Shown: positions 1 to 9,583, numbered from the stretch's first letter. The stretch is DNA of 64,000 bases from Capsulimonadaceae bacterium (GCA_965215505.1 OZ244065.1:1600001-1664000); one strand, 5' to 3'. Notes: generated from the letters alone by a model not told the origin. Program-made: numbers and translations.

Positions 1-123
1 ACCGCGAACTCGCCCCGGATGGGTGATTTCCAGCCTCGTTCCACCGACCTCTCCGCCGACGGCCATGTGTTCGCCGTCGGCGGGTTCGCTGACGGGATCA
101 TCCGGGTCTGGCGTCTCCCCTAG
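1..123 (+). CDS. 3' end of WD40-repeat protein (partial)
   Basis: Frame 1 reads ...LSADGHVFAVGGFADGIIRVWRLP, TAG at 121-123; WD40-like blade end. Confidence 0.6.
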   Translation, partial: TANSPRMGDFQPRSTDLSADGHVFAVGGFADGIIRVWRLP

Positions 124-141
124 CGGCAGAAGGCGATCCCC

Positions 142-741
142 ATGGAAGAAGAGACAAAACCACTCAGGCGCAACACCAGCCCCGACTTCGTCGGCATCGC
201 GCGGGTGAAGGCCGAGCAAAAACGGCAACTGGCTGATTTCGAGCGGTGGGCCGCACACGGACAGTGGAGGCAGATACACGGCGCGCACTACGACTGGTGG
301 ATGTTCCCCATCCCCGCACCCAGCAGCGACGGCCTGAAGTGGACCGTTTATGCGGGCGACATCGCCGAACTCAAAGCGGATGAGGCGTACCAACGCGACT
401 ACCTGCGGGGCGTCGAGCTGCTGATGGCCTCCTGGGGATGGGACCTGGGGGCGCAGGATTTTCTGCCCGATCCACACCCGGACCAGCGGTGGCAGGACTG
501 GCCCGTCCGGCTGTACAAAGCCGCCGTTTCGTTGCAGGCGTTCGGCTTTGACGCCCACTTCGCCTCCGTCAAGAAATACGCGCTCCTCTTGATCGAGCGG
601 GGCGTCGGCATGGAGTGGAACCGCCGAAACCTCGCTGTGTTCTTCACCGAGGGCAAGGACCCATACAAGCAGACTAGAGGAGCGATCTCGACGGCCTGGG
701 CTGCCGGGCCGGGATGGGTTGGAAGTGACTTAATGCACTGA
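142..741 (+). CDS. hypothetical protein, weak DUF1810/OGFr-N-like motif
   Basis: 199 aa ORF with HYDWWMFP motif and host-like codon usage. Confidence 0.5.
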   Translation: MEEETKPLRRNTSPDFVGIARVKAEQKRQLADFERWAAHGQWRQIHGAHYDWWMFPIPAPSSDGLKWTVYAGDIAELKADEAYQRDYLRGVELLMASWGWDLGAQDFLPDPHPDQRWQDWPVRLYKAAVSLQAFGFDAHFASVKKYALLLIERGVGMEWNRRNLAVFFTEGKDPYKQTRGAISTAWAAGPGWVGSDLMH

Positions 742-776
742 CGTTACGCATGGCCCGCTAGAGTGCCCCTGCCAGT

Positions 777-985
777 CAGGACGAGGATGAGAATCAGGAC
801 GAGTGATTGAAATCACTCGCTCCGTTCGGATTTGTCCAAGGGACAAGGGAGCAGGTTTCCAGGGACTGGTCGCTGAAGGCGGGGGCTTCGGAGGGCGGGG
901 GCTTTGGCCGGTCTTCTGTCCCCTGGACAGGTCCGGCGGCAGCGAGTGATTTCAATCACTCGTCCTGATTCTCATCCTCGTCCTG
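777..985. repeat. REP/MITE-like element with perfect 45-bp inverted arms
   Basis: 777-821 is the exact reverse complement of 941-985; each arm holds the near-palindrome GAGTGATTGAAATCACTC; related copy at 57179-57310. Confidence 0.85.
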
Positions 986-1062
986 GCTCTCGTCCTCGTC
1001 CTGGCTCTCGTCCTCGTCCTGGCTCTCGTCCTCGTCCTGGCTCTCGTCCTCGTCCTGGCTCG
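963..1062. repeat. 18-bp tandem repeat (TCCTGGCTCTCGTCCTCG), about 5.5 units
   Basis: Visible directly; first unit is degenerate and part of the inverted arm. Confidence 0.9.
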
Positions 1063-1120
1063 TGGCAGCCGGTGCGTAACATCAGTTAATGCAGTGATTT
1101 AGCGCCATTTGGAGGGTGCC

Positions 1121-2353
1121 ATGATGAAACGCCTGACGGTCCTGCTGCTTCTGCCGAGTTTGCTGCTGCTTCCGGGTCCTGCCCGCGCCTGCCTCAATGA
1201 CCGGGACACGCTGGCCGAGGAGGTCAAAGGGCTGCCCGATGTCGTTCAGGTCGTCACGGGCCGTTTCGAGCGCGATCCGCCGCTGTATTATCAGATGCGC
1301 GTGGCCCGTGTCACCGCCGAACTCAAATCCGCTCCCGGCCTGCTCCCCGAGTATGACGACGCCGGTGTCGCGTGCGACCGCCTGGGGCTTGATGACGAGG
1401 CGATTGCGTGGATGGACAAGAAGCGGGCGCGGCTGGTGGGATCGAACGCGGCTGACCCGGCAGTTAAGGAACAGTGGTATCGCTACAACGCCAACGTCGG
1501 CACCTTCTGGGTGCATCGCTGGATACGCGCGGGGGCGGACCGCAAGCGCATCGAGGAAGTACGGAAGGCGCGGGGTTACATCGCCGAGGCCATCAAGATC
1601 AAACCGGACGCGCATTTCGGGCGCGAGAAGTATCAGCTCCGGGTGATGGACTGGATCATCAAGGGTCGGCCTTACGTCTCCGTAGCGGCGCGGGACAAGG
1701 CGGAGATGAGTGGGCGAGAAACTGCCGACCCCGCCCTTGCCTCCGCCCTCGGCACGGAGCCGGTCGAAACGTCCGGCGAGACGAAGGCGCTCTGCGGCTT
1801 GATCACGCTCGGCAATACCTGGGAGAGCGTGGACGTTTTCCAGGCCCTCGGCTCCTCCCTCCCCTACGAGGGCGGCAGCAAGCTTTATCCGCTGGTCAAG
1901 ATGCGTTGCGACGAGCTGATCGACTCGGGCCACCGCTCGCTCATCCCCGGCTCGCCGTCCGGCGGCCCCCTCAAAGACCTGATCACCGTCGGCGAGACGG
2001 GGATGCCCCCGACAGACGATGACCGGCGGCTCTACCACCGACTGCGAGCGGACGCGGACGACTGGCAGAAGAAGCGGACCGATTACATGACGGCGCGGCT
2101 GACGGCGGGCCGCCACCCGGACACCGACCCCACCTTCTGGAACGAGTACCGCGACGCCGGCCCGCCGACGGTCGCCGACTCCTGGCAGCACCGGTATTAC
2201 CGGAGACATGCAGTGCGAGGCGAGTCCGAAAACGGCTTCTTCTTTAACCTGATCTTCGAGGCTACCTTCTGCGGCTCCATCCTGCTCCTCGGCGGCCTCA
2301 TCACCTGGCGGGTGCGCGTGCATCGCAAGCGGCGGCCGGCAAAGAGCGTCTGA
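1121..2353 (+). CDS. secreted/membrane-anchored hypothetical protein
   Basis: RBS GGAGGG before ATG 1121; signal peptide MMKRLTVLLLL...ARA; C-terminal TM helix and basic tail. Confidence 0.7.
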   Translation: MMKRLTVLLLLPSLLLLPGPARACLNDRDTLAEEVKGLPDVVQVVTGRFERDPPLYYQMRVARVTAELKSAPGLLPEYDDAGVACDRLGLDDEAIAWMDKKRARLVGSNAADPAVKEQWYRYNANVGTFWVHRWIRAGADRKRIEEVRKARGYIAEAIKIKPDAHFGREKYQLRVMDWIIKGRPYVSVAARDKAEMSGRETADPALASALGTEPVETSGETKALCGLITLGNTWESVDVFQALGSSLPYEGGSKLYPLVKMRCDELIDSGHRSLIPGSPSGGPLKDLITVGETGMPPTDDDRRLYHRLRADADDWQKKRTDYMTARLTAGRHPDTDPTFWNEYRDAGPPTVADSWQHRYYRRHAVRGESENGFFFNLIFEATFCGSILLLGGLITWRVRVHRKRRPAKSV

Positions 2354-2379
2354 TGTCCGCGCGGGCCAGACAATGGCCG

Positions 2380-3291
2380 TCAGCCCGGCAGGCGCTTGAC
2401 GCAGGCGACTTCCGGGACGCCGAAGACGAAGCCGAGTTTGCGGTTGACGGCCAGCATGGCGGCGTTGTCCTCGTGGTTCTCGGTTTCCATGCGCGCGAGG
2501 CCCCGCCGCTTGGCTTCCGCGAGGCAGCGCACCTTCAAGGCCGTCGCGATGCCGCGCCCCCGCCAGTCCGGGTGTACGCCGGTGAAGTACCATTCCAGCC
2601 CGGTGACGACGCCGACCATGGCATCACCCGGCCCGGCGACGGCCACAAAGACCGTCTCCGGGTCCCACCCCTCAAACTCCCCCTCCCACGTCTCGAACGG
2701 CGCGGGGAAATACGGCCCGACCTCACGGAACGGCTGGGACGCCCGCGCGGCCTGTTCCAGCGCATGGAGGGCGAGCCGGTTCCGGGGGCTGTCCCCTAGC
2801 TCCGCGTAGGTCAGCAGCCGCACCCCTTGCGCCTCGGCGCGGCGCAAGGCCTCGGCAAACCGGGCGAGGTCAAACGCCGCAAGGTCGAGCGAGGAGGGCA
2901 GGAACCGTTCCAGCGGCTCGAAGCCGCGCGCCCGGAGGAACGGCCCCGCCGGGGCGTCGGGCGTTTCCAGATAGCTCGCATAAAGCAGGCGAGCCTGGCG
3001 CTCAGACGCGAACTGCTCCATGCACCCATACAGCGCGCCGCCGATGCCCCGGCGGCGGTGGGCCGGGGCGACGGCCAGCGTGAAGTGGCACTGCCCGGCC
3101 CGGCGCGACGGCGCGGGCAGGCTCCGGTCGGTCGCCTGCAAGTGCCCGACCACCGCGCCGCCGTCCGTCACCGCCAGATGCAGGGACGTTCCCGGCCCGT
3201 TGCCGTGCCACCAGTCAATGACGGGCATCCCCAGCCCGCTCAGTGCGGCGCAGTCCTCGTGCTGGAATGGGCGTACAAGGGGTGAGGACAT
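2380..3291 (-). CDS. tandem GNAT acetyltransferase
   Basis: Two acetyl-CoA motifs (VAPAHRRRGIG, VHPDWRGRGIA) and NxxMxxVNRKLGF. Confidence 0.9.
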   Translation of the reverse strand: MSSPLVRPFQHEDCAALSGLGMPVIDWWHGNGPGTSLHLAVTDGGAVVGHLQATDRSLPAPSRRAGQCHFTLAVAPAHRRRGIGGALYGCMEQFASERQARLLYASYLETPDAPAGPFLRARGFEPLERFLPSSLDLAAFDLARFAEALRRAEAQGVRLLTYAELGDSPRNRLALHALEQAARASQPFREVGPYFPAPFETWEGEFEGWDPETVFVAVAGPGDAMVGVVTGLEWYFTGVHPDWRGRGIATALKVRCLAEAKRRGLARMETENHEDNAAMLAVNRKLGFVFGVPEVACVKRLPG

Positions 3292-3359
3292 GCTGAACTT
3301 TTCCCCGACGCCTGCGTCAGACGATTGATTGTCCCGATTAACCCTTTAAGGACACCCTG

Positions 3360-4979
3360 ATGATTGACCAATACACCAAAGACACTGCCCACCTGCTGCG
3401 ACGCGCGACCTTCGGCGTGGACGCGGCGGCCATCCGCGCCGCCTCCCAGGCCGGCCTGGCCGCCACCACCGACGCCCTGCTCCACCCGGAGCGGACGCCG
3501 GACACGCTGGACGACGACGGGCTGCTGAACCGGCTCGCCTCCCTGCTGCCGCTCCCCAAGAACGCGGGCATCCCGACCCAGGCCGTCCGGATGTGGTGGG
3601 CGCACCGCATGGTCGCCACGCGCAACCCGCTCGTCGAGAAGATGACCCTGTTCTGGCACGGGCATTTTACCTCCAACGACGGCGGGGCGCAAGGCGAGTT
3701 CCTGTACAAGCAGAACCAGATGCTCCGCCGGAACGCCCTGGGCAGCTTCCGGACGCTCACCCTCGCCGTCGCCCGTGACCCCGAGATGATGCGCTACCTC
3801 AACGGCAACCAGAACTACAAGGCGCATCCCAACGAGAACTTCGCCCGTGAGCTGATGGAGCTGTTCACCTGTGGCATCGGCCACTACACCGAGGACGACG
3901 TCAAGGCCGCCGCCCGCGCCTTCTCGGGCTGGAACCTGCGCGCCGGGGAGTTCGCCTTCAACGTCAACCAGCACGACAACGACCCCAAAACATTCATGGG
4001 AAAGACCGGCAACTGGAACGGGGATGACATCGTGGACATCCTCGTCGCCCACCCCGCCACCGCCAACCGGCTCTGCACCCAGCTCTGGGCCTACTTCGCC
4101 TACCCGGACCCGGAGCCGGAAGTATTGGCCGCCCTGGTCAAAACCTACTACGCCAGCGGCTACGACATCCGCGCCATCCTGGACCAGCTCTTCCGGTCGC
4201 GCGCCTTCTACTCGGACCGCGCACGCTTCGCGGTCATCAAGTCGCCCGCACAGTACGTCATCGGCACGGTCAAGATGCTGGGGCTGGACAAGGCCGTCGA
4301 GCTGGCCCTGCCCGACATCACGCCCGCAAACGATATGGCCGCCACGCGCGCCGCACAGGCCGCGCCAACCGGGTCCGGCCAGCCCGCGCCGCTGCTCACG
4401 ACGCCCGCCGCCACCCCGCAGCTCGCGGCGGGCCGGCGGATCGCCATCCTGGCCGGTCTGCCGACCGCCATGCGCTCCATGGGGCAGAACCTGTTCGCCC
4501 CGCCGAGCGTCAAGGGCTGGGACGGCGGCACGGCCTGGATCAATACCTCCACGCTGATGTCCCGCGTCTCGTTCGCCAACACCATCTCGTTCTCGCGCGT
4601 CCTGTTCGGCGGCCAGACCGCCCGGCTGACCGACTACGTCCAGCAAAACAACCTGACTCCCGAAGGCTGGGTGGACTTCCTGGCCGACGCCCTCGGCCCG
4701 CTCCCCCTGTCGCCCGCCACGCGGCAGACGATGATCGAGTACGTCCAGGGCACCGACGCCCCCGCCCCGGCTGCTCGGAACGTGGACTTTGTGCCCGGCC
4801 AGTTCGTCGCGCCGCCCCCGGCCGCCGCCCCCGGCGTCCCCGGCCCCTACCGGCGCGGGATGCGGGCCAATGGCCGCGGCTACAACCGGCTCCAGGGCAT
4901 GGCCTACCCCGGACTCGAAGGACGCCTGCGCGGCGTCATCCCGCTCCTCATGGCGACGCCCGAATTCCAGGTCTGCTGA
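3360..4979 (+). CDS. DUF1800 family protein
   Basis: HLLRRATFG, EKMTLFWHGHF, PNENFARELMELFTCG, PPSVKGW motifs. Confidence 0.92.
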   Translation: MIDQYTKDTAHLLRRATFGVDAAAIRAASQAGLAATTDALLHPERTPDTLDDDGLLNRLASLLPLPKNAGIPTQAVRMWWAHRMVATRNPLVEKMTLFWHGHFTSNDGGAQGEFLYKQNQMLRRNALGSFRTLTLAVARDPEMMRYLNGNQNYKAHPNENFARELMELFTCGIGHYTEDDVKAAARAFSGWNLRAGEFAFNVNQHDNDPKTFMGKTGNWNGDDIVDILVAHPATANRLCTQLWAYFAYPDPEPEVLAALVKTYYASGYDIRAILDQLFRSRAFYSDRARFAVIKSPAQYVIGTVKMLGLDKAVELALPDITPANDMAATRAAQAAPTGSGQPAPLLTTPAATPQLAAGRRIAILAGLPTAMRSMGQNLFAPPSVKGWDGGTAWINTSTLMSRVSFANTISFSRVLFGGQTARLTDYVQQNNLTPEGWVDFLADALGPLPLSPATRQTMIEYVQGTDAPAPAARNVDFVPGQFVAPPPAAAPGVPGPYRRGMRANGRGYNRLQGMAYPGLEGRLRGVIPLLMATPEFQVC

Positions 4980-5027
4980 GTCCTCAGCCCTGCCGCACTG
5001 TCTCCCGTTTTCCGAAAGGCAAAGAAC

Positions 5028-6266
5028 ATGAACGTCACACGCAGAGATTTCCTGAAGAAGAGCGCGACCACCGTCGCCGTCGGGCTGGCCGTCCCGCCCT
5101 GGCTCGCCAAAATGGTCTGGGCCGACTCGGTCACCGACAATGCCCTGGGTGCCGGCGGCAATACCGCCAAGCGCTCCCTCGTCGTCATCCAGCTCACCGG
5201 CGGCAATGACGGCCTGAACACCGTCGTGCCCTATGCCGATGCCGCCTACCACAAGGCCCGGCCCGTCCTCGCCCATGCCGACGGCAAGGTGCTGCACCTC
5301 AACGACCACGTCGGCCTCAGCCCCGTCATGACCGGCATGAAGGCCCTCTACGACCAGGGCCGACTCGCCATCATCCAGGGCGTCGGCTACCCGAACCCCA
5401 ACCATAGCCACTTCCGCTCCATGGAGATCTGGCAGACCGCCGAACCCGAGAAGATTGCCCAGGAAGGCTGGGTCGGACGCTACCTCGACGCCATCCGGTC
5501 GGGCCGCACCTCGCCTCTCACCGGCATCAACATCGGCAACGAGGCCAGCGAAGCCTTCACCAGCGCCCACGCCGCCGTGCCCAGCATCCAGGGCCTGGCG
5601 AACTTCGGCTTCGTCTTCCCGCACAACGCCGACGGCGACGCCCACACCGCCGCCTTGAAGAAGGTCCAGATGGGCGACTCCAATACCCCGTATGGCCGCT
5701 TCTTCCAGGAGACCGCCCAGGAGACCTACGACAGCGCCGACCAGATCTCGGCGGGCATCAAGAAGTACCATTCCACCGTCCAGTACCCCGCCACCCCCTT
5801 CGGGCGCGGGATGCAGGAGATCGCCCAGCTCATCGCGGCGGGGCTGGGGACGCGCGTCTTCTACATCTCGACCGGCAGCTTCGACACCCACGCCCAGCAG
5901 ATCCGCCGCCACGACACGCTCTGGAAGGACGTTTCGGACACGCTGGCTGCCTTCCAGTCCGACCTGGAGCAGATGAACGCGGGCGACGACGTCCTCACCC
6001 TCGCCTTCTCCGAGTTCGGCCGCCGCGTCCACGAGAACGCGAACGGCGGCACCGATCACGGCACCGCCTCGGAGATGTTCCTGCTCGGCAAGCCCGTCAA
6101 GGGCGGCCTCTACGGCTCCTACCCCAGCCTGAGCGACCTCGACGCCGGTGACCTGAAGTACACCACCGACTTCCGCTCCGTCTACGCCACCGTGCTCGAC
6201 CGCTGGCTCGGCACCAACAGCGAGATCGTCCTGGGCAAACGCTACGAAGACCTGAAGTTCATCTAG
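5028..6266 (+). CDS. DUF1501 family protein, Tat-exported
   Basis: TRRDFLK signal; GGNDGLN, SHFRS, FDTH, SEFGRR, GTDHG; usual partner of DUF1800. Confidence 0.92.
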   Translation: MNVTRRDFLKKSATTVAVGLAVPPWLAKMVWADSVTDNALGAGGNTAKRSLVVIQLTGGNDGLNTVVPYADAAYHKARPVLAHADGKVLHLNDHVGLSPVMTGMKALYDQGRLAIIQGVGYPNPNHSHFRSMEIWQTAEPEKIAQEGWVGRYLDAIRSGRTSPLTGINIGNEASEAFTSAHAAVPSIQGLANFGFVFPHNADGDAHTAALKKVQMGDSNTPYGRFFQETAQETYDSADQISAGIKKYHSTVQYPATPFGRGMQEIAQLIAAGLGTRVFYISTGSFDTHAQQIRRHDTLWKDVSDTLAAFQSDLEQMNAGDDVLTLAFSEFGRRVHENANGGTDHGTASEMFLLGKPVKGGLYGSYPSLSDLDAGDLKYTTDFRSVYATVLDRWLGTNSEIVLGKRYEDLKFI

Positions 6267-6286
6267 CCTCTCGGACGGCACACGCC

Positions 6287-6326
6287 GAACGCCCGCCGCG
6301 AATGCGGCGGGCGTTCTTGTTGTCAA
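6287..6326 (+). terminator. terminator-like hairpin, left copy of island-flanking direct repeat
   Basis: GAACGCCCGCCGC-gaat-GCGGCGGGCGTTC then TTGTTGTCAA; near-identical to 9827-9865. Confidence 0.8.
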
Positions 6327-6419
6327 CGATGGTTTGCTATACTATAGCCGCTCACGTTCGCCCGCACATGGAAACCGTTCCGGGCTTCTTCCGTGGCTTT
6401 TGTGTTTTCGCGGTTTCTT

Positions 6420-6428
6420 TGGTATAAT
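6420..6428 (+). promoter_or_regulatory. extended -10 promoter upstream of cassette array
   Basis: TGGTATAAT matches TGnTATAAT. Confidence 0.55.
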
Positions 6429-6627
6429 GTCTCCGAAGGCAGCAAGCGGCTAATCATAGCGCAGACATTCATCACTACAGCAGTACTGTTGCTAGAAACT
6501 TCTGTTGCTAAGATGCGGCAATAGCCGCTGTTATCTCGTAGTACATCGTAGTCACGCGCGGTACAGTAACAAGTTGGGCCGCTCGGCGGAAGCGTTGGCA
6601 GCGTCAGGTGTCATAAGAAAAACAAAA

Positions 6628-7227
6628 ATGTTGAACCCTGTTTGTATCCAATGCAAGAAGCCACTAACTCCAGGAAGCAACTTTTGTCCTCATTGTGGCT
6701 TGGCTTTTAATCAGCCTGTGCCGATTGTTGATGAAAAAAACGGGATCAGGAAAAAGTGGCATCCAAGAATCAAAGTGTTTGTCACGCTTGCCTCTGTGTT
6801 CCTAATTCTTTTTCTTTTCTTGCTACCCTATGGTCTAAACGCCAAAAATAAAGCGGATAAGTTGGCCGCGATTATGAATCCGATAGTTGAGCAAATTAAC
6901 TCCAACAAAATGCAAGGCGAGATCGCCGACGGCCAACGTATTGATGCTGATTCTGTTGAATGGCCTTATCATGGTCATGTGACTGAAATAAGAGTTGTAT
7001 TAGAGCCACTTTGGGATAAGCCCGTTGAATATGGGGGCGAGTCTAAGGAATGGCTTGAAAGGCGATGGTCAGGCTGCTTCGTATCTTGGTGTCTTCAAGC
7101 TGGCTATTCTGATGCTGAGGCTAATACGGTCACTATCCACTTTGAGGATAAAGCAGGAAACAATCTTGGAGACATTAGCCCCGTAGATTTTATGAGAAGG
7201 GATGGCATTGCTGGGCCTGGAAGTTAA
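6628..7227 (+). CDS. zinc-ribbon membrane protein (cassette)
   Basis: CIQC...CPHCG ribbon, one TM helix, then soluble domain; ATG 6628. Confidence 0.75.
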   Translation: MLNPVCIQCKKPLTPGSNFCPHCGLAFNQPVPIVDEKNGIRKKWHPRIKVFVTLASVFLILFLFLLPYGLNAKNKADKLAAIMNPIVEQINSNKMQGEIADGQRIDADSVEWPYHGHVTEIRVVLEPLWDKPVEYGGESKEWLERRWSGCFVSWCLQAGYSDAEANTVTIHFEDKAGNNLGDISPVDFMRRDGIAGPGS

Positions 7228-7289
7228 CCTCACGCTCTCCACTGATGTGGAACATCGTCGGTAAGTGGTCGTTCAGAAAGAGGTGCTTT

Positions 7290-7715
7290 ATGATTGATGA
7301 AACTGAAAAAGAATTATTGGTAGCCGCGTATGAGGGGAAAAGTAGTAGCTACCAAGTAGTCTACTCTGTAGGGTTTGATAGCCCTGCCGTTGAGAAGAGG
7401 TATTCTGAAGCGATCAACGACTTACAAGCAAAAGATTTGATGGACGTGCAGCATGTCTATTCATCTAACACCACGGCTCGGCCTCAGCAAAGTATTTGTT
7501 GCTTAACTCGTCAAGGGGTGAGTTATGTCGAAGAGAACAATCTTGTAGCTGATAGTGTCGCCTCAGAACACCAGAAAGCTAGACTGTTGATACAAGAAAT
7601 GGAAGATGCGGAAAAGGTAGGAGACACCAGCCGAAAAACCAACTTGAATACATCGTTTCAGCAACTTAGTCCTGCAATCCAAGCAGATGCAAAACAATAT
7701 CAACATCTAAAATAA
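7290..7715 (+). CDS. hypothetical protein, possible winged-helix N-terminus (cassette)
   Basis: RBS AGAGGTG before ATG 7290; AINDLQAKDLM...LTRQGVSYVE resembles a wHTH wing. Confidence 0.6.
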   Translation: MIDETEKELLVAAYEGKSSSYQVVYSVGFDSPAVEKRYSEAINDLQAKDLMDVQHVYSSNTTARPQQSICCLTRQGVSYVEENNLVADSVASEHQKARLLIQEMEDAEKVGDTSRKTNLNTSFQQLSPAIQADAKQYQHLK

Positions 7716-7744
7716 AGACAGCAACGAACGGCTTTGCGCGAGCG

Positions 7745-7839
7745 GCCCAACAATGCGCTGCACCTGATGCCGCCGCCAGTGCCTATTCTATATCGGCTGC
7801 TTGTGCAGGCGGTGCCGCAGGTGAGCGTTGCCATTAGGC
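7745..7839 (+). other. attC-like recombination site 1
   Basis: GCCCAAC-AATGCGCTGCACCTG...CAGGTGAGCG-TTGCC-ATTAGGC; right core has A instead of G. Confidence 0.8.
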
Positions 7840-7903
7840 CGCTGGGTCGGCGCATTCCTATCTAATCCACCATTTAGAGCAACTTCGTATAAGGAGGCTA
7901 AAT

Positions 7904-8362
7904 TTGCAAAAAGATTTTATAGTCAAACTGTTGACAAGTTTCGGCAACGGGCTTGAGAAGATTACAGTGAAACAGGGCACATCTCTCCGACAAGTGTTGG
8001 AAACGTTTGAATTAGTGACATTTGAAGAGTATTTGATGAAGGTTAGTGGTGAAGTAGTAGATCAAGACTACTTGCTACAGCCAGACGATTATGTTGTTAT
8101 AACCCCCCGTAAGGTTGAGGGTGCAGCTCCAACCTGCGAACTTCGCAAACTGAAGAAATACTTGAAAGACTTAGGATGGGTTCAAGAAGCTGGAACAGTT
8201 GGCGACCATGAAAACTGGCGAAGCCCAGAGGGCTTACTGTTGCAATTAAATCCTGCTAAACTGGATAGCAAGGTTGCTGATTTAGCATCCCATAAAAAGT
8301 GTGCGACGATTTTAGGCATAAACTTCCAAACTTTATACGAAACTGTAGCAAGTCACAGGTAA
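7904..8362 (+). CDS. ThiS/MoaD-like ubiquitin-fold domain fused to HicA-like toxin domain (cassette)
   Basis: RBS TAAGGAGG, TTG start; aa 1-74 beta-grasp-like ending KVEGA; aa about 78-152 LKKYLKDLGW...GDHENWRSP...ILGI. Confidence 0.65.
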   Translation: MQKDFIVKLLTSFGNGLEKITVKQGTSLRQVLETFELVTFEEYLMKVSGEVVDQDYLLQPDDYVVITPRKVEGAAPTCELRKLKKYLKDLGWVQEAGTVGDHENWRSPEGLLLQLNPAKLDSKVADLASHKKCATILGINFQTLYETVASHR

Positions 8363-8385
8363 AGCCGAAGCCTTTTCAGCCAGTA

Positions 8386-8482
8386 GCCCAGTAATGTGCT
8401 GCACCTGACGCCGCCGATGCCTTGTGCTTTGCGAGGCCAGGTGCTTTGCGTGCGGTATCGCCGGTGAGTGCCGCCGTCGGGC
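8386..8482 (+). other. attC-like recombination site 2 (degenerate)
   Basis: GCCCAGT-AATGTGCTGCACCTGACGCCGCCG...CCGGTGAGTG-CCGCC-GTCGGGC; homologous to site 1. Confidence 0.7.
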
Positions 8483-8542
8483 TGCTTGCATGCACAGATT
8501 GTTGCTCGTGTAATTCTCACCCTCTCTACAGTCTGGGTCAAA

Positions 8543-9556
8543 ATGGCATATTCAGGTCATGATGAAATTGAATTAGGTTCCTTACAAGAACAACTAAAAC
8601 AATTAGTAGCAGAGCGTAGAGATAATCTAAATGGCAACATGGCATTTAGCTTTGGATATGATCCCACTGTTGCGGCTATTGAACAACAAATAAATGTAGT
8701 TCAAGCAAGAATTAACAGCATTTTTGACAGAGTAACTTCCCAATCTGAAGGAAGCAAGAATTCACATAAGGTTGTAATATATGATGAGGAGTGCGAAGAG
8801 TACACGCATTTTGAGGTTGGGGATATTGTCAGTAGTAATTCTGGTAACTATTACGCTGTAAACCGCGAGGCAGCACTTGGACCTATTCTAGAGAAGTGTC
8901 AAGTAGGCCAAACGATAAGTCTTGGCTTGGTCGTTTCCGTCGATGATAGTCCTTTGTTGCCAAAACATGAGCATGAAGCAGCCAAACTAAAATATGCAGA
9001 GGCCAAAGAATTAGTCAGATTGGCAGCGGAAAGACATGCGAGACAACTTATTCTTGCAGAAGAATTAGAGCGACAACAACGCCAAAAGTTACACGCTGAG
9101 AATGAGGCGAAGGCGAGGCGTCAGCGGCATATAGAGCAGGAACAAAGGCGACAGAAAGAGAAAAAGCATCAGCAAGAGATAGAAAGGCAACTGTCTGAAG
9201 CTAGAGAGGTGCCTTACATTACGATAGATGAAGCAAAATCACGTCTGCAAGAAATCAGAACCAAATACCACACAGGTAATGCGGATAAGTCAGCTACTAT
9301 ACATGATCTATCGGTTTTACAAATAAGGTGCCAGAAAAGCTTCGCGGCAGCTTCTTCTCATCAGAGTGATTCATCAGGTGCAGGAGCAATCATAGGGGGA
9401 CTGATTGGCTTCATTGGCGGCCCGATAGGAGCCATGATTGGGGCAGGCATCGGAGCTGCCCTTGGCAGTACCGGTAAGGAAGCCTCAGAGAAAGACAGTT
9501 GGGGTCGCCCGATGCGGAATTTAGAAGCGTTCTTGGAGAAGCTATCCAATCGATGA
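8543..9556 (+). CDS. GreA/GreB-like N-terminal region + coiled coil + glycine zipper (cassette)
   Basis: KVVIYDEECEEYTHFEVG...VNREAALGPILEKCQVGQTI resembles the Gre C-terminal domain; E/Q/R-rich helix; GAIIGGLIGFIGGPIGAMIGAGIGAALG. Confidence 0.6.
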   Translation: MAYSGHDEIELGSLQEQLKQLVAERRDNLNGNMAFSFGYDPTVAAIEQQINVVQARINSIFDRVTSQSEGSKNSHKVVIYDEECEEYTHFEVGDIVSSNSGNYYAVNREAALGPILEKCQVGQTISLGLVVSVDDSPLLPKHEHEAAKLKYAEAKELVRLAAERHARQLILAEELERQQRQKLHAENEAKARRQRHIEQEQRRQKEKKHQQEIERQLSEAREVPYITIDEAKSRLQEIRTKYHTGNADKSATIHDLSVLQIRCQKSFAAASSHQSDSSGAGAIIGGLIGFIGGPIGAMIGAGIGAALGSTGKEASEKDSWGRPMRNLEAFLEKLSNR

Positions 9557-9583
9557 GCTGACGCACTTGATGTACAACAACTG

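Noticed and set aside
3240-6326. 1028-aa minus-strand ORF
   Set aside because: Antisense shadow of DUF1800/DUF1501, typical of high-GC DNA.
6327-6572. Integron integrase remnant upstream of the array
   Set aside because: No ORF or tyrosine recombinase motifs seen in this short gap.
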